Source: the human T2T-CHM13v2.0 reference genome, Homo sapiens. From it: a stretch of DNA of 64,000 nt. Where the stretch lies: NCBI RefSeq assembly GCF_009914755.1, contig NC_060947.1; one strand, given 5' to 3'. The notes under the pieces were generated by a model. It was given only the letters and a program-made list of their open reading frames with translations, ran no database searches and was not told the origin of the DNA. Below are positions 41,700-57,304 of this stretch, in pieces (position 1 is the first letter of the stretch; every line of letters starts with the position of its first letter). The translations under genes and the position numbers were made by a program.

Positions 41700-42577
41700 T
41701 TTCTGCCATATAATCCTTTCTTCCCTTGCCTCTTATTTCTTCTTGATTTTTGAATATGAATATGAAAATGTTCATGTCTTCACTCATTAAAAATAACCCT
41801 TCTTTCTGACATTATATTCCTTGGGTCCTATTTCTTATATACTCAAACCATCAAACATCTTGAAAGGGAAAGCTATACTTGCTGCCTCTACTTCCTCAAC
41901 CCCAATTGCTTTGTTCTTCTCCATAGTTCTCATCCTACTTCTTTGTCATTTCTTTCTCAGCTTTTTAATCAGCTTTTTCTATCTGTAAACATGTGTAAAG
42001 CCCTAGGCTCAGTCCTAGGTCCTGTATCCTTCTCTCTATATACTTATTCCTACACAAGCTTTAGTGAATACCTTGACTCATTCACTCATTAATTATTTGT
42101 TGAATATCTACTCTGTGCCACTTATTTTTGTAGATATTGGATGGAGACAGTTTCAAAATCTATACCTTAGCTCTGATATATCATAAATCAGTCCATTTAT
42201 CTGCATCCTCACTGCCACTGCCATCAGTTGGACAATTAAAATCCATCTTATTTTCCAGCCTCTTCCCTTGCCCCAGCCAAATCTCTTCCATACCCAGCAC
42301 CCAAAGTGCCTTTTCTAAAATAAAATGATCATGTCACTTTCTTACTTTAAAGTCCTTCAAAGGATCCCCATTATCTTCAGGATAATATTCAGACCCATTA
42401 GCATGGCATACAAATCCTTCCATATTCTGGGCCCTAATTTCCTTTTCAGCTTATTTTATTGCCTGTGCCTACCCTTGTAGTCTATGCTTTAGCCATACCA
42501 AATTAATTTCTGTTCCCTAAAAGAGCTCAAGGCCTCTGTACATTGTCTTCCTGTTGTTTGAAACACCTTTCTCTCTG

Positions 42578-42608
<31 letters not shown>

Positions 42609-42955
42609 CTCACTCTCACTCTCTCTCTGTCCCTCAACCTGGCTCACTCCTACTCAATCTGAGAACATCTCTTAGAAGAGAGTTTGTTCAGAAGCCTTTC
42701 CTGAATATCCAGGCCTAAATTTGATATTCCTCTTCTATGTTTTTCCTATCAAAAGAAAGGATAACATGACATGATATCATAATGTTTATTTATTTTTTCT
42801 CTCTCCTTTCCTAGCTTCATACTCCTTGAGGGACAAGTGTGTATTTTAGTCATCAATACATCAATATAAGCAAAGCAGCTAGCACTATGCCTAGAAGTAT
42901 AAGGTAGATGCTCAGTAATGATTTAGTGAATGAAAAAATAAATTAATGAATGAGC
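41700..42955 (+). mobile_element. L2 fragments, with (CA)n(CT)n at 42578-42628
   Basis: aaaatgatcatgtcacttt...ccttcaaaggatccccatt...ttagcatggcatacaa; ends gtagatgctcagtaatgatttagtgaatgaa. Confidence 0.7.
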
Positions 42956-45900
42956 AAATTAAATTAAAACACAGAACAAAGACCTCACTAGAGTATCAGA
43001 GGAGAGCAAGAGAATATTTCCAGCCATTCCATCTCTATTCTTATTCCTTTACTACTATGTCTATCTTTGTCTCCCAGAGTCCACACTAGGATTCAAAAGG
43101 GGAGATAGTTTCCTATCATATGAAGTGGGAAATTCCATATAAACCCACCTTGGCCCTTTTCATACCCCAAACCTCCCAGCTTTCATTATTATTTACTTAT
43201 ATAGGTTAAATTATTATATAACAATGAGGCAGAATTTCCAATTCCAACTTCAATTTCAATTTTACCAGAATAGAGAACCTTTCCAATCATCTACAGTTTT
43301 GCACACTATCATGAGTCTCGATGTATCACCGAAGCACAGCAGACAAAACAGAGCTCTAATGGGATGAGACTTCAGCCACTACCATTTTGCCTGGGTCTAT
43401 GGAGTGCAAGTGGTAAATATTGGGAACTGAGAAGAAGAGAGAGCTTAGAAAAGACAACACCAGCATTAGCTAGAAGGAGCTTGAAGGCATTAGATTCTTG
43501 AGATGGGCCTGGGAAGTAAAATGCTACCCCTAGAGAATGAGTTGGGCACCAAAGCCAAATGTAGCCTCAGCCTTAGTTCTTGGGACCAAGACGTTTAAGA
43601 TAATATGGCTTTCAAGAGGACCAAGGGGTAGAGAGCAAAGGTATGGATCAAAATATTTCTTGGATATTTCTAACAATACTAGTTAATGGAGGGCCTATAA
43701 GAACAAAAGAGAATATCTACGTTGGATTTAGCCTTCACAATTAATAAATCTTTCCACAGCTCTAGAGATTAAATAATTATTTCATTCCAGCTTTATTAAA
43801 TAATACAAATTCAGCTCATTGGTAATGAAAATAATCATAAGTCACTGGAGGAAGATGAGAGATCTGACCTTTTAATTAAAGATCAGCAGTCTCTAGCAAC
43901 AGTATGCTAAAATCATAAAGGCAACATGACCTTTAAATATCTTCCCTAAGGATGATGTAAATGGGGAAAATTGCATGAGTGATTGTGTAAGTGTGTGTTT
44001 ACAGACACATACACATATGTGTGTACATATACACACATACATATCTAAAATGTACTACCCTACAACAGTTAGACTGAAGATGCACTGATCCCATGAAATG
44101 TAGAAAAATCAACATAATTCTCAATAACATTAAGGTACAAAAGTAAACTGCACATATATTTTGTTTTTAATAGTTTTTACAAAATGGTCATGCATTAAGT
44201 TCAGTTACTTATATCATCCTAACCTTGTAAACACTAAGCAAATTTTCAGTATAAAATACCCATCCAAGTGTTCCAATATTCATTTTATCTTTTGTTTTTT
44301 CCATACAAACCAAGATGAAAATCAAGTGGCTATCTTATTTAGAGTTCTTCTGGGAGTATGGAGCAGGGAGCAAGAAGTTAATTAAGCTAGCTGAGACCAA
44401 AAAAAAAAAAAAAGTGGTGGTGGAATGCATTGGAAGAACATGGTATTATGTCACAGATCCTAGGTTGGGAAACATATTCTGAGGATCTGGAATTACGAAC
44501 TGCAATGCTGGTCAAAGCAAAGACAGCCACTTCTATTTTCTATCTCTTTTGCTTGATATCTTGTCTCTTAATCTCTCTGTTTCTCTGCTTCTCTCTTTTT
44601 TTCTCTGCCTCACTCTCTCCCTCCCTCCCAGCTTTTCACATACCATGTGCACATAGCCAAAACAAAGCCACCACACTCCCAGCCACATATGACCCCCAGT
44701 TTGAGTGTGCAAAGAGACCAGTTGCAATCTCTTGTCCTGATTTCAATTTCTCAAAAACAAGGATTTTTTTAACTTATTCTGCCTCTACTATGAACACTCT
44801 AGTAGATACCATGTGGGGTGTCAGCCTAGACCTTACCCTATTCTCTAAAATCTTCTCTCCCAGAGGTGAAGAGCTACATCTCAATTTTTACTATCTCCTG
44901 GGCTCAGCTGGTTGAACAAGAAATGGACACTTGAGTCCAGAAACACATTATAACATTTAATGTTATAGTTACCATGCAAAAGCATATTGCCTAGAAAAAA
45001 TAACTAATCTCCCCAAAAGTGGCCTTAACCTATTATCTGGAGTTATGCTCATTTAAGTAAGAAGTATCTATTTCATATCAAGAAACAGCATATTATGTCA
45101 TTCACAGAGCTTAATATACATTGTAAGACACTTTTCAAAATTTTATATCCAATTGAAGTAAGAGATGATCAACTTGAACTATAAAAGAAAAAATATCTGT
45201 AACACATAGATGAAAGCTGTAAGAGTTTTTCAATGTTGACTAGAAGGAGAAAGTGGCACCTGATCACTTGGTGGCATTGCACTTATCTGGCACCTTTCTC
45301 AGAGAGGCAGAGGTGTGATTCAAGTATCATTTAATTATCCTTAAAATAATTCCCTCTGAAAGAAAAGAAACAGTATCTAGGTTTCTAACTTTAAGGACTG
45401 AAATCATACATGGCATGCTATTTAAATTTTACACAATAATCCTATTACTGTCATCAGACCTGTTTAAAGAAATCTGTTTTCTGGCATGGTCAAGGGACAG
45501 GGTTAATCTAAGATTCTCCTTGATAATTACTATTCTACATGAGACAACTTTCAAAAACGAACAAGAGAAAATATATTCTATACTGAAAGAAGACTGAATA
45601 GAGCTTGAACTTTCTTTTGATGATTCAGCAGTCACTTCATAAAGCCACAGGGTCCCAGGGCTCATGTTATGAACATCAGTTCTCTTTGTATAGTTACTGT
45701 GGAAAGGGACCAGTTAATGGGGAATTATTAATGATAGGAGGCCAAGTAAATCGGCTTTTGTTTATACAATGAAATATGGCTACTGAAATATTATATATTT
45801 ATTTATACCGTTTTGCAGGAGGCTGCATTCTTTGAGATTTTGTTTCAAACTAGATAGCATACAATAATTCAGAAATCTCCAGAGGCTAAAGAACAAAGGG

Positions 45901-46114
45901 CTATTAAAGAAAAATGTGTGCTTACAGCAGTGTTCCCAGTAATTTGTTTAAGTTGTAAGCAGACAGCCATGCTACATCAGCAACAAACTATGAAGACTGA
46001 GCAAACTGATAGAAATATCATTGCTGCAATCCAGTGAAACTTTCAGCAAGGCTGTTATCCAATGTACATCCAATGGCCTACATAATAATTACTACAACAT
46101 GAGTTTGCAACATG

Positions 46115-46600
46115 CAAACTCATGTTTTTAAATCATATTTACTGAGTATTAACTCTGTGCTAAACATCATGCTGAGTATTATGAGTACAAAGATAAATAA
46201 GACACCATCCTGGTCCTCCAGGAGCTTGAAGTATGAAGAAAGAAGCCAAACTGATCAAATGATTTACAAGTACAGTGGTACAAATATGTGCAATATGTTT
46301 TGAGAGCCCAATTTGGTCTTGAGGATAGGGAGTAGAAAGCAGGTCAATCTCTTTGGAAGAAGTGATACATGACTTGATTCTTAAAGGAGTTAGAAGTGCA
46401 CTAAGAAAAGGATGGGACTGCAGTCAGTACAAACAGACCTCGTGAGCAAAGATGTAGTAGCAGCAAAAACTTTGTGGACTGTGTGCAAAGAAAAGGCAAA
46501 CAACTTATCTCTGCTGGATTATAAAGTATGAAGCAAAGAAAAGGCTGGGAAATGAGGGAATAGCAGATCAGCAAAAGGCTCAAAAGCAGAGAGTACTCGC
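46115..46600 (-). mobile_element. L2 3' fragment
   Basis: catatttactgagtattaactctgtgctaaaca...aagataaataagacaccatcctggtcctccaggagctt. Confidence 0.65.
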
Positions 46601-47069
46601 AATGACTTTATCATTTTCCCTTTGCAATTTTAGTTCTTTAGCATTATTGTGGACATCTTATATTGACCCCATTTCATTGTCATTCTCACTATACAAACAA
46701 GTGGAAACAGATCTCAGATTTTAGTCCCTGGCATTTGAAGTTACCCTGCACCCAACTGTACTTCCCTGCCTTGTTCCAGAACCAAATTTCCCCGTGCTTC
46801 ACCTACTAACAGAAACTAACAGCCAAAGTGCCTGGCTTCCCTCATACCCTATCCCCAAACCTGGAAGACCTCAGTCAAATAACCTAGATGCAGGATGTCC
46901 TGATGTACCTGATGCTCTGGACCATAAGATTTTTGAATTGCTTTCCTGGTCTGGGGTTTGTAAAAGGGTATGAACCTAATTCTGGGAGGAATGGTCCTCA
47001 ACATGGAAGCATCCTGAAACAGAGCAATATAAAGGGTAAGATCAGTGTTAATACAGTTAGGGAAAAGAA

Positions 47070-47310
47070 CAGTAATGATGACAGATTTGTATAATGGCAT
47101 TCAGTGAGCTTATATATGTGTAACACTCTGCTAGGAGATTGATAGATATCATCTTGGATAACCCTGTAAGGTACATATCATCTCCACTTCACAGAAAAGG
47201 ATACTAAGACCCTGACAGGTTATATAAGTCACTCAAGGTTTCACAAGCAGTAGGTAGCAAGATTCAAACTCAGGCTTTCTGACTTTGAATTTGAAGCACT
47301 CTAAAACATA
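47070..47310 (-). mobile_element. MIR
   Basis: accctgtaaggtacatatcatctccacttcacaga...aagtcactcaaggtttcaca...gattcaaactcaggctttctgact. Confidence 0.7.
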
Positions 47311-47949
47311 ACACTCTAACAAGTGAAAGAAAGAAAACTGTAGGAACTGTTTTATTCCTTCTTTGATCCGAGCTCCTAAGCATAAAGAAGCTACCACCAG
47401 GGATATCAAAAAGGGACAAATGAGAAGTCTCTCCAGCCCCCAAATACCCTCATTCCCTCACCCTACTCTCACCTAATATCCCTTTAACAGTAAGGAAGAC
47501 AATATGCCTCATTCTGCTCCTAAAGACTTAAAGTAAGAGATAGTCAGACAAGGGTTTCAATCTCAGCTCCCCTTCAAACTAGCTGTGAAACTTCCAGAAA
47601 CTTTTCTGAGCCAAGGCTTCATTACCTGTAAACTGGATGCCATAATAACAACCTCATCTTCCTGGTATATCATGATATTTAAATTATTAGAAGATGAAAA
47701 AAAGCATCTATTGCAGTGAGTTTGGCCTAGAAGATGCTCAACAATCTGGAAAAGTATATTCAATCATGTTCTCTACCACCAGTACCCTTGATTTCCTCAC
47801 TCCTTCATTTTTCAAGTATGTTGTTTCTACCAATATCCAAAATTAAATTGTTTACTAAGATAATTCAAAAGCACATTTACTTTTTTCTTACTCCTGGGAA
47901 GCTAAGCATTGCAGGGGAAAGTTATGTGAATACTATGCTCAATTTTTTA

Positions 47950-49117
<1,168 letters not shown>

Positions 49118-49176
49118 AATTTTTATTTGAATATTGTTGGGGAAACAGGTGGTGTTTAGTTGCATGGAAAAGTTTT

Positions 49177-52100
49177 ACATTTTTATTAATATTTCAATAA
49201 GTTTTGGGGGAACAGGTGGTGTTTTGTTACATGGATAAGTTCTATAGTGATGATTTCTGAGATTTTGGTGCACCCCTCACCCAAGCAGTGTACACTGTAC
49301 CCAATGTGTAGTCTTTTATCCATCACCCCCCCCCACCCTTCCCCCAAGTTCTTGAAGTCCACTGTATCATTCTCATGCTTTTGCGTCCTCATAGCTTAGC
49401 TCTCACTTATGAGTGAGAACATATGATGTTTGGTTTTCCATTCCTGAGTGACTTTACTTAGAATAATGGTCTCCAATTCCATGCAGGTTGCTGTAAATGC
49501 CATTATTTTGTTCCTTTTTATGGCTGAGTAGTATTCCATGGTATATATATATTTTTTCCTCTGGGTAGATATCCAGTAGTGGCATTTCTGGATCAAATGG
49601 TAGATTTACTTTTAGTTCTTTAAGGAAACTTCACACTGTTTTCCACAGTGGTTGTAATAGTTTACATTCCCACCAGCAGTGTGAAAGTGCTCCCTTTTTT
49701 ACCACATCCATGCCAACATCTATTATATTTTTGATTTTTTTTATTATGGCTATTCGTGCAGGAATAAGGTGGTATTGCATTGTTGTTTTGATTTGCATTT
49801 CCCTGATAATCAGTGATGTTGAGCGTTTTTCCATATGCTTGTTGGCCATTTGCATATCTTGTTTTGAGAAATGTCTTTTCATGTCCTTGGCCCACTTTTT
49901 GACGGGACTGTTTGTTTCTTTCTTGCTTATTTGTTTGAGTTCCCAGCAGATTCTAGATATTAGTATTTTGTTGGACACATAGATTGTGAAGATTTTTCTC
50001 CCACTCTTTGGGTTGTCTGTGTACTCTCCTGATTATTTCTTCTGCTGTGCAGAAGCTTTTTACTTTAATTAAGTCCCATCTATTTGTTTTTGTTGCATTT
50101 GCTTTTGGGCTCTTGGTCATGAAGTCTTTGCCTAAGCCAATGTCTAGAAGGGCTTTTCCTATGTTATCCTCTAGAATTTTTATGGTTTTACGTCTTAGAT
50201 TTAAGTCTTTGATCCATCTTGAGTTGATTTTTATATAAGATGAGAGATGAGGATCCAGTTTCATTATTTTACATATGGCTTATCCTAGCACTCAATTTGT
50301 TGACTAGGGTATCCTTTCCCCAAGTTATGCTTTTGTTTGCTGTGTCTAATATCAGTTGGCTGTAAGTATTTGGGTTTATTTCTGGGTTCTCTATTCTGTT
50401 CCATTGGTCTATGTGCCTATTTATATTCAGTACCATGCTGTTTTGGTGACTATAGCCTTAGAGTACTGTTTGAAGTCAGGTAATGTGGAGCCTCCAGATT
50501 TGCTCTTTTTGCTTGGTCTTGCTTTGGCTATGGGGCTCCTTTTTGGTTCCATATGAATTTCAGGATTTTTTTTCTCTAGTTCTGCAAAGAATGATGATGG
50601 TATTTTGATAGGAATCCCATTGAATCTGTAGATTGCTTTTGGCAGTATGGTCATTTTTACAATATTGAAAACCATACAAATACATGGAAATTAAATAACC
50701 TGCTCCTGTATGATCATTGGGTCAACAATGGAATCAAAATGGAAATTAAAACATTATTTGAACTGAACAATAATAGTGATAGAACATATCAAAACCTCTG
50801 GAATACAGCAAGAGTGGTGCTAAGAGGAAAGTTCATAGTACTGAATGCCTACATCAAAAAGTCTGACAGAGCACAAATAGACAACATAAGGTCACACCTC
50901 AAGGAACTAGAGAAACAGGAAATAACAAAGATCAGAGAAGAACTAAATGGAATTGAAACAAAAAAATACAAAAGATAAATGAAACAAAAAGCTGGTTCCT
51001 TGAAAAGATAAACAAAATATATGGACCATTAGCAAGGTTAACCAAGAAGAGAGAAGATCCAAATAAGCTCATTAGAAATTAAATAGGAGATATTACAACT
51101 GATACCACATACATAGAAAAGATCATTCCAGGCTACTATGAACATCTTTATGTGTACAAACTAGAAAATCTAGAGGAGATGGATAAATTCCTGGAAATAT
51201 ACAACTTTCCTGTATTAAACCAGGAAGAAATAGGAACTATGAACAGACCAGTGACAAGTAGCAAGATTGAAATGGTAATTTTAAAAATTGCCAAAAAAAA
51301 AAAAAGTCCAGGGCCAGGTGGATTCACAGCTGAATCCTATCAGACATTCAAAGAACTTATACCAATCCAGTTGACACTATTCCAAAAGATAGAGAATGAG
51401 GTAATCTTCCCTAAATAATTCTATGAAGCCAGTATCATCCAAATACCAAAACTAGGAGAGGACATAACAAAAAAAAGAGAACTATAGACCAATATCACTG
51501 ATGAGCATAGATATAAAATTCCTAAACAAATTACTAGCTAACCAAAACAAACAGCATATCAAAAAGATAATCCACTATGATCAAGTAGGTATCATACCAG
51601 GGAGGCAGGGATGGTTTAACATATGCAAGTAAATAAATATGATACACCACATAAACAGAATTAAAAACAAAAATCACATGATCATCTCAATAAACACAGA
51701 AAAGGCATTGGACAAACTCCAGCATCCCTTTATGATTGAAAACCTCAGCAAAATCTGCATAGAAGGGACATACCTCAAGATAATAAAAGCCATCTATGAC
51801 AGACTCACAGCCAACATTATACTGAACGGGGAAAATTTGAAAGCATTCCCCCTGAGAACTGGAACACAATAAGAATGCCATGCCCATTGCTCCTATTCAA
51901 CATAGTACTGGAAGTCCTAGCCAGAGGAATCAGAAAAGAGAAGGAAATAAAGGGCATCCAAATTGGTAAAGAGGAAGTCAACCTGTTGCTGTTTGCTGAT
52001 GATATGACTGTATATCTAGAAAACACTAAAGACTCATCCAAAAAGCTCCTAGAACTGATAAGTGAATTCAGTAAAGTTTCAGGATACAAAATTAATGTAC

Positions 52101-52303
52101 ACAAATCAGTAGCACTGCTATACACCAACAGTGACCAAGATGAGAATCAAATCAAGAACTCAACCACTTTTGCAATAGCTGTAAAAAAGATAAAATACTT
52201 AGGAATATACCTATCCAAGGATGTCAAAGACCTCTGCAAGGAAAACTACAAAACACTGCTGGAAGAAATCATAGACGACACAAATGGAAACACATCCCAT
52301 GCT
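49177..52303 (-). mobile_element. Inner L1PB (~3.1 kb) with 5' inversion: 3' UTR and ORF2 C-terminus at 49177-50668 (minus), inverted ORF2 segment at 50669-52309 (plus)
   Basis: ORF2p translations on both strands, e.g. [22 protein letters not shown] (minus) and [31 protein letters not shown] (plus, RT FADD motif). TSD catggaaaagtt at 49163-49174 and 52304-52315. Confidence 0.9.
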
Positions 52304-52309
52304 CATGGA
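50669..52309 (+). pseudogene. Disrupted L1 ORF2p, from the end of the endonuclease domain through reverse transcriptase
   Basis: Fragmented ORFs 50739-50978, 51152-51418, 51639-51872 and 51875-52327 all match L1 ORF2p; multiple stops and frameshifts. Confidence 0.9.
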
Positions 52310-55300
52310 AAAGTTCTTTCTTGGTGATTTCTGAGATTTTGGTGCACCCATCATCTGAGCAATGTACACTGTACTCACCCCCTCTCATCTTTCCCCTCGA
52401 GTACCCAAAGTCCATTATATCATTCTTACGCCTTTGTGTCCTCATAGCTTAGCTCCCACTTATAAATGAGAATATAAAATGTTTGGTTTTCCATTCCTGA
52501 GTTACTTTACTTAGAAGAATGGTCTCAACTCCATTCATATTGCTGCGAATGCCATTATAGGTTTCTTTTTATGGCTGAGTAGTATTCCATGGTACATATA
52601 TCCCACATTTTCTTTATGCACTCGTTGGTTGATGGGCATTTACGCTGGCTCCATATTTTTGCAATTGTGAATTGTGCTTCTATAAACATGCATGGATGTG
52701 GTGAAAAGGGAACACTTGCACTGCTGGCGGGAATGTATACTAGTACAACCACTATGGAAAGCAGTATGGAGATTTCTTAAAGAACTAAAAGTGGAACTAC
52801 CATTTGATTCAGCAATCCCACTACTGGCTATCTACCCAGAGGAAAATAAGTTATTATATGAACAATGAATGTCTTCTTTATCATCACTTCCAGCGCCATT
52901 CCCAGGTGTAATTCTATTAAACTTCAGACCACATTTTACAGCATTTATCCCTGTGGCAAGTAAAGTCTTCCCTATTGGCTTCTGTGACATTCATCCACTT
53001 ATTTCACAAATACTTCTTGGGCAATTACTATGCTGAGATAAAATAATGAATACAGAAAAGCTTCTAACCTCAAGGAACATATGGACTAGTGAGTATGCAC
53101 TTATCTGATTATTAAATCTTTTTGATTACTCTTGCTTGATATCTTTTATGAGCTCTTCTCCCTCCTCATATTTCCTGAATATAAATAAGAGTTTCACAAG
53201 GAAATGTGCTCAGTCTTTTCATACAAGACATCCACTCCCCACAATGCCACTAATCCCATAGAGTAATTGGTCACACCTATGACAGTATCTCCCAAATCCA
53301 TGTTCTTCACTGACTTTCCTCCTGAGGATCACACTGCATGCATTTCCAGCTGCCTGTTGCTTACATCTAGCTGAATATTCAAATAACAATTGAGCTCAAT
53401 ATGTTGCAGCCTGATTTCATCACCTGTCTCATCTAACAAATTGCTCCAGTGATTTTGACTTTGATTTATGAGCTAACATTGTCCCAGTTGACCAGAATTC
53501 ACATCATATCATCTTTAAGGCCTCCTCCCTTCTATCACCTCTAACAAGTTGATAAAATTCTGTAGATTTTCTTCTCCCTATCTTTTACCTGTTGCAGCCA
53601 TTCTCTTTCTCTGCTATTAGAATGGTTTAGAGCATCATCACATATGACCTAAATAATTACGGTAATTTCTTAACTGTTTCTCATCCTTCAGCTTCTCTTA
53701 CTTCAACCCAACATTCTTAGATGTGCCTTCTTAAATTAAAGCTCCTCTCTTCAAAAATTATCAATGGATTTCTGTTCCAAAAGGAATAAAATTTAAACCA
53801 TTATTCCTAATCATCCAAGTTTCTTAGTATCATCCCTCATAGTACACTTTTCACATACTCTACGTTCTAGCCACATGAAACTCTCACTGTTCTTGAAACA
53901 TGTCCTGCACTTTGATTTTAGTGTATCTTTCCTTTGCTTTTTTTCTCCCCAGAATGCCCTTCTCCAACATCCCCATTTGCTGAGTAATCAACTTTCAAGT
54001 CTCAATGTAAGAACAACCTACTTCTAAGAAATCTTCTAAGAACAGTCCACTTCTCATATATGATACTTCTATTATATTTTGTCTGGATTTTATTTATGGC
54101 ATTTTTTACAGTTTTGTTTCTGAGTTATCCTAGAGTTTGTCTTTCATATGTTTCATTTAAATATTAAGTTGTAATTTTTTGAGAATGGGACTATGAGCCA
54201 TTAGCCTTTATATCTGCCACATCTAGCTCAGTCAGTGCCTTGTATGCAGTAGATGCTCTGCAGCCATTGATTTGAAATGAAGTGCAAACAACACCTGGCA
54301 GAAAAATCCCCATCACAGAACTGTAGTGAATGTAAAGTGATCAAATTATTTTCTGTTAATTAAGGGAGGCAGGTAAAAAGCAGCAGGGCATTAAGAACTT
54401 GAAAGATAAGTACACTTCAAGTGGCAAAGGGAACGGAAAGGGAAGGATGAAGATTCCAAGAAAACTTGGCAGACTGCACAATTTTGCCACCTCTCCCCTC
54501 CAGCTTGGCTTATCTTCACTTCAACAGAGAGAGAGAAAAAAAGTGGTGTACCAAGTTTGGCTGCCACCCCAAATGGGCAAACACATGCATATCTTAGACT
54601 GATAACTTAGTCCCAACTTGAATCCACATCCCTTGGATCTTCCAAATTGCAATTTATGCTGTTTGCCACTAAGGGAAATTGTTAAGATATAGTTATCATT
54701 ATAAGGTGATCTAAATTCCTTCAAAACATGACCCAAAATGCTGTTTCCACATGTACATCATATTTTACAATATAGCCATATTCCTGAAGTGCCCTCTGCA
54801 AATCAAACTTCTCAATACCCTGCTGCTTTTTATGGATCCTACTTTAACTCCACTTGCCACTGCCTCAGCACATTCTCTGCCATTTTCAGCTCTATCAGGA
54901 ACTGCCTGTCACTCCAGCTTCTCACTCTCCACTCCTGTCAGCAGCTTTTGATTATTTCTACCTCAACACCTAGACTTAGAAAATGGGCTCAGTCTTCATA
55001 GAAAACATATGAAAGTTCTTAGGCTGACTCAATTCTCCATCTCATGGCACTGGTGCTTTGAACTGAGTCTTCCTCTACCTGACTCACTGTTTGGCTGCCT
55101 CTTATTTCTGACTCCTAACTGCTTGGCTAACGTTTCACCATCTGCTTTCCTCTGTTTTTCCAACTCCTGGAGATTACCTACTATCCAATCTGCCCAGGGT
55201 ATGAGCCTACCACTTTATTTAGATCTCTGATGGTTCTATTACCGTGTACTTGTCTAGGTCACTTCCAGCTCACAACTTGCCCAACTCTTCACTTACCATA

Positions 55301-56617
55301 CCTATTCCAACACTGACTTTTTCACCTGATTCTGACCTGCAGTTTGTCCTAACTGATACCTACTTGACCATGACAACCCTAAGAAAGAACTGCTGGGTTC
55401 CTGTCTTGGTGCACTCAATCTTCTTCTACCACTTCTCTCATTTGTTTTATCCTCAGGCATTTTTTTTTCTTTAGGTCTAAAGCAATCCTATGTATAGGGA
55501 ATGCAGTTAACTACATATTTAAAGTTCAAGAAACTTCTAAGGTCTTAAAAACCTATAAATATTTCCTCAGCTTATTCCCTCAGTGTTATTCTCTTCTGTA
55601 CAAAAATCCCCACTATCTTAGCCAGTTTTTTAGCTATAACTTAAAGGCAAGAATATTATCTCTGTGAAAGTATAATTTACTTATAAGGCACACTACTGTA
55701 GCAAGGCTCTGTTCCATTAATCTGTTTATCATTTTAATCCTGGGTCCTCATCATGATCAGTTTTATATATTTTTCTAGAATTGTAGGACATTAAGTCAAT
55801 TTATGCAAGTATCTCAGGATTTATGAGACTTGTGAATGGTAATCTTGTTATACCTCTTACATCAAAGTTGAGATAATTCCCGAGAAGGAGGTAACCAAAG
55901 GAATACTATAACTTCTAAGGCCATATAAGAACTCATCCCAGGCAAAGTGAGATCTGTCCCTCATAAATCCTGTCTCAATTCAGTCAAACTCTCTTGGGAG
56001 AGCTCAGCAGAGCCCTGAGTGGTGTCCCTGACAAGTCTCAAGACAATGTTAAGGTATGAGAGTTGAGAAGCCTTATAACTTCTAGCAGTTAAAGATGTAT
56101 AGCCCATTGAAGAACAAATGTACAGTAGAGCTCAACACAAATTTAACTGTCTATGTCACCATCCACAGTAATAGCAGGGTCATGAAAATAGCAGGGTGGT
56201 CCCAAGGGAGACTAGAGTGGCCTCCAGACAGTTCTGACATGAGAAGAATTGACAGTACTTCTGAATTGCCATGATTGCTTAGGCTAGAGAGTTTGAGGAC
56301 CAGGTCTCTCTTCAGTAAAGAGGACATTCCACTGCAGAGAAGCTACACCTTTATACCAGGCAACGGGTAAAGGGAGTGAGCCAAGCCAAAGGAACTCACT
56401 ATGGACATAAACAGCATGGCATGAAGTCTCTAAGCCACAGAGGAAAGACATAGTGTAATCAGAAATCCTGGTATGTAAAAGGTACCAAAGGAAGAAACAA
56501 AGTAAAATATAAAGAATAGAGCCTATATATAGTTCCCAATTTGGAGATAGGCTTTCTTATGGCAATCATTTTAGTAGAACTGCTAACACATTAGGTCCTG
56601 GAAGGGAAATCTACATC

Positions 56618-57304
56618 TGCTATGTTCTTAATGTATTCCCCAAAACCCACATGTTAAAATTTAATCACCAACATAAAAGTATTAAGAAGTGGGGCCTCTA
56701 GGAGGTAATTAAGTGATGAAGGCTCTACCCTCATCAATGAGGTTAGCAATTTTTTTTTTTTTTTTGAGACGGAGTCTCGCTCTGCCACCCAGGCTGGAGT
56801 ACAATGGGGTAATCTCCGCTCACCATAAGCTCCGCCTCCCGGGTTGAAGCCATTCTCCTGCCTCAGCCTCCCGAGTAGCTGGGACTACAGGCACCCACCA
56901 CCACACCCGGCTAATTTTTTGTATTTTATTTTATTTTTTAGTAGAGACGGGGTTTCACCATGTTGGCCAGGATGGTCTCGATCTCCTGACCTCGTGATCC
57001 GCCCGCCTCGGCCTTCCAAAGTGCTGGGATTACAGGCGTGAGCTACCGTGCCCAGCCGGGATTATAAAAGGGCTTGAGGGGACTAGCTAGGCCCTTTTGT
57101 CCTTCCATCTCATCCAACATATGAGGACACAGTTCTCAAGGCACCAACTTGGAAGCAGAGAGCAAGCCCTTACCAGAAACCAAACCGGCCAGCACCTTGC
57201 TCATGAGCATCCCAGCCTCCAGAACTGTGAAAAATAAATTTCTGTTCTTTGTAAGATACCCAGTCTCAGACATTTTGTTATAGTGGCCCAAATGGACTAA
57301 GACA
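56618..57304 (+). mobile_element. MST (C/D-like) MaLR LTR interrupted by an Alu
   Basis: tgctatgttcttaatgtattcccc...cccagcctccagaactgtgaaaaataaatttctgttcttt...aaatggactaagaca. Confidence 0.85.
56750..57057 (-). mobile_element. AluY/Sc-like element
   Basis: T16 tail; aagctccgcctcccgggtt and ggatggtctcgatctcctgacctcgtgatcc; no clear TSD. Confidence 0.92.

Larger units (their letters stand above)
49118..52863 (-). mobile_element. Outer short L1PB: 3' end at 49118-49176 plus 52304-52691 (minus), 5'-inverted segment at 52692-52863 (plus)
   Basis: L1PB 3' UTR ggaaacaggtggtgtttagttgcatggaaaagtt continues as ctttcttggtgatttctgagattttggtgcaccc after the inner insertion; TSD-like aatgacctcttctt / aatgaatgtcttctt. 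Confidence 0.75.

Noticed and set aside
44430-44915. 161-aa ORF with a hydrophobic stretch
   Set aside because: TTG start; the hydrophobic run comes from a CT-rich low-complexity tract; no splice or homology support.
50739-52327. Reverse transcriptase ORFs as a novel RT system (retron/DGR-like)
   Set aside because: The sequence is recognisably L1 ORF2p, broken by stops and frameshifts.
54900-56520. Possible ancient LTR/ERVL or Gypsy-like relics
   Set aside because: The composition is suggestive, but I could not identify termini or a family.
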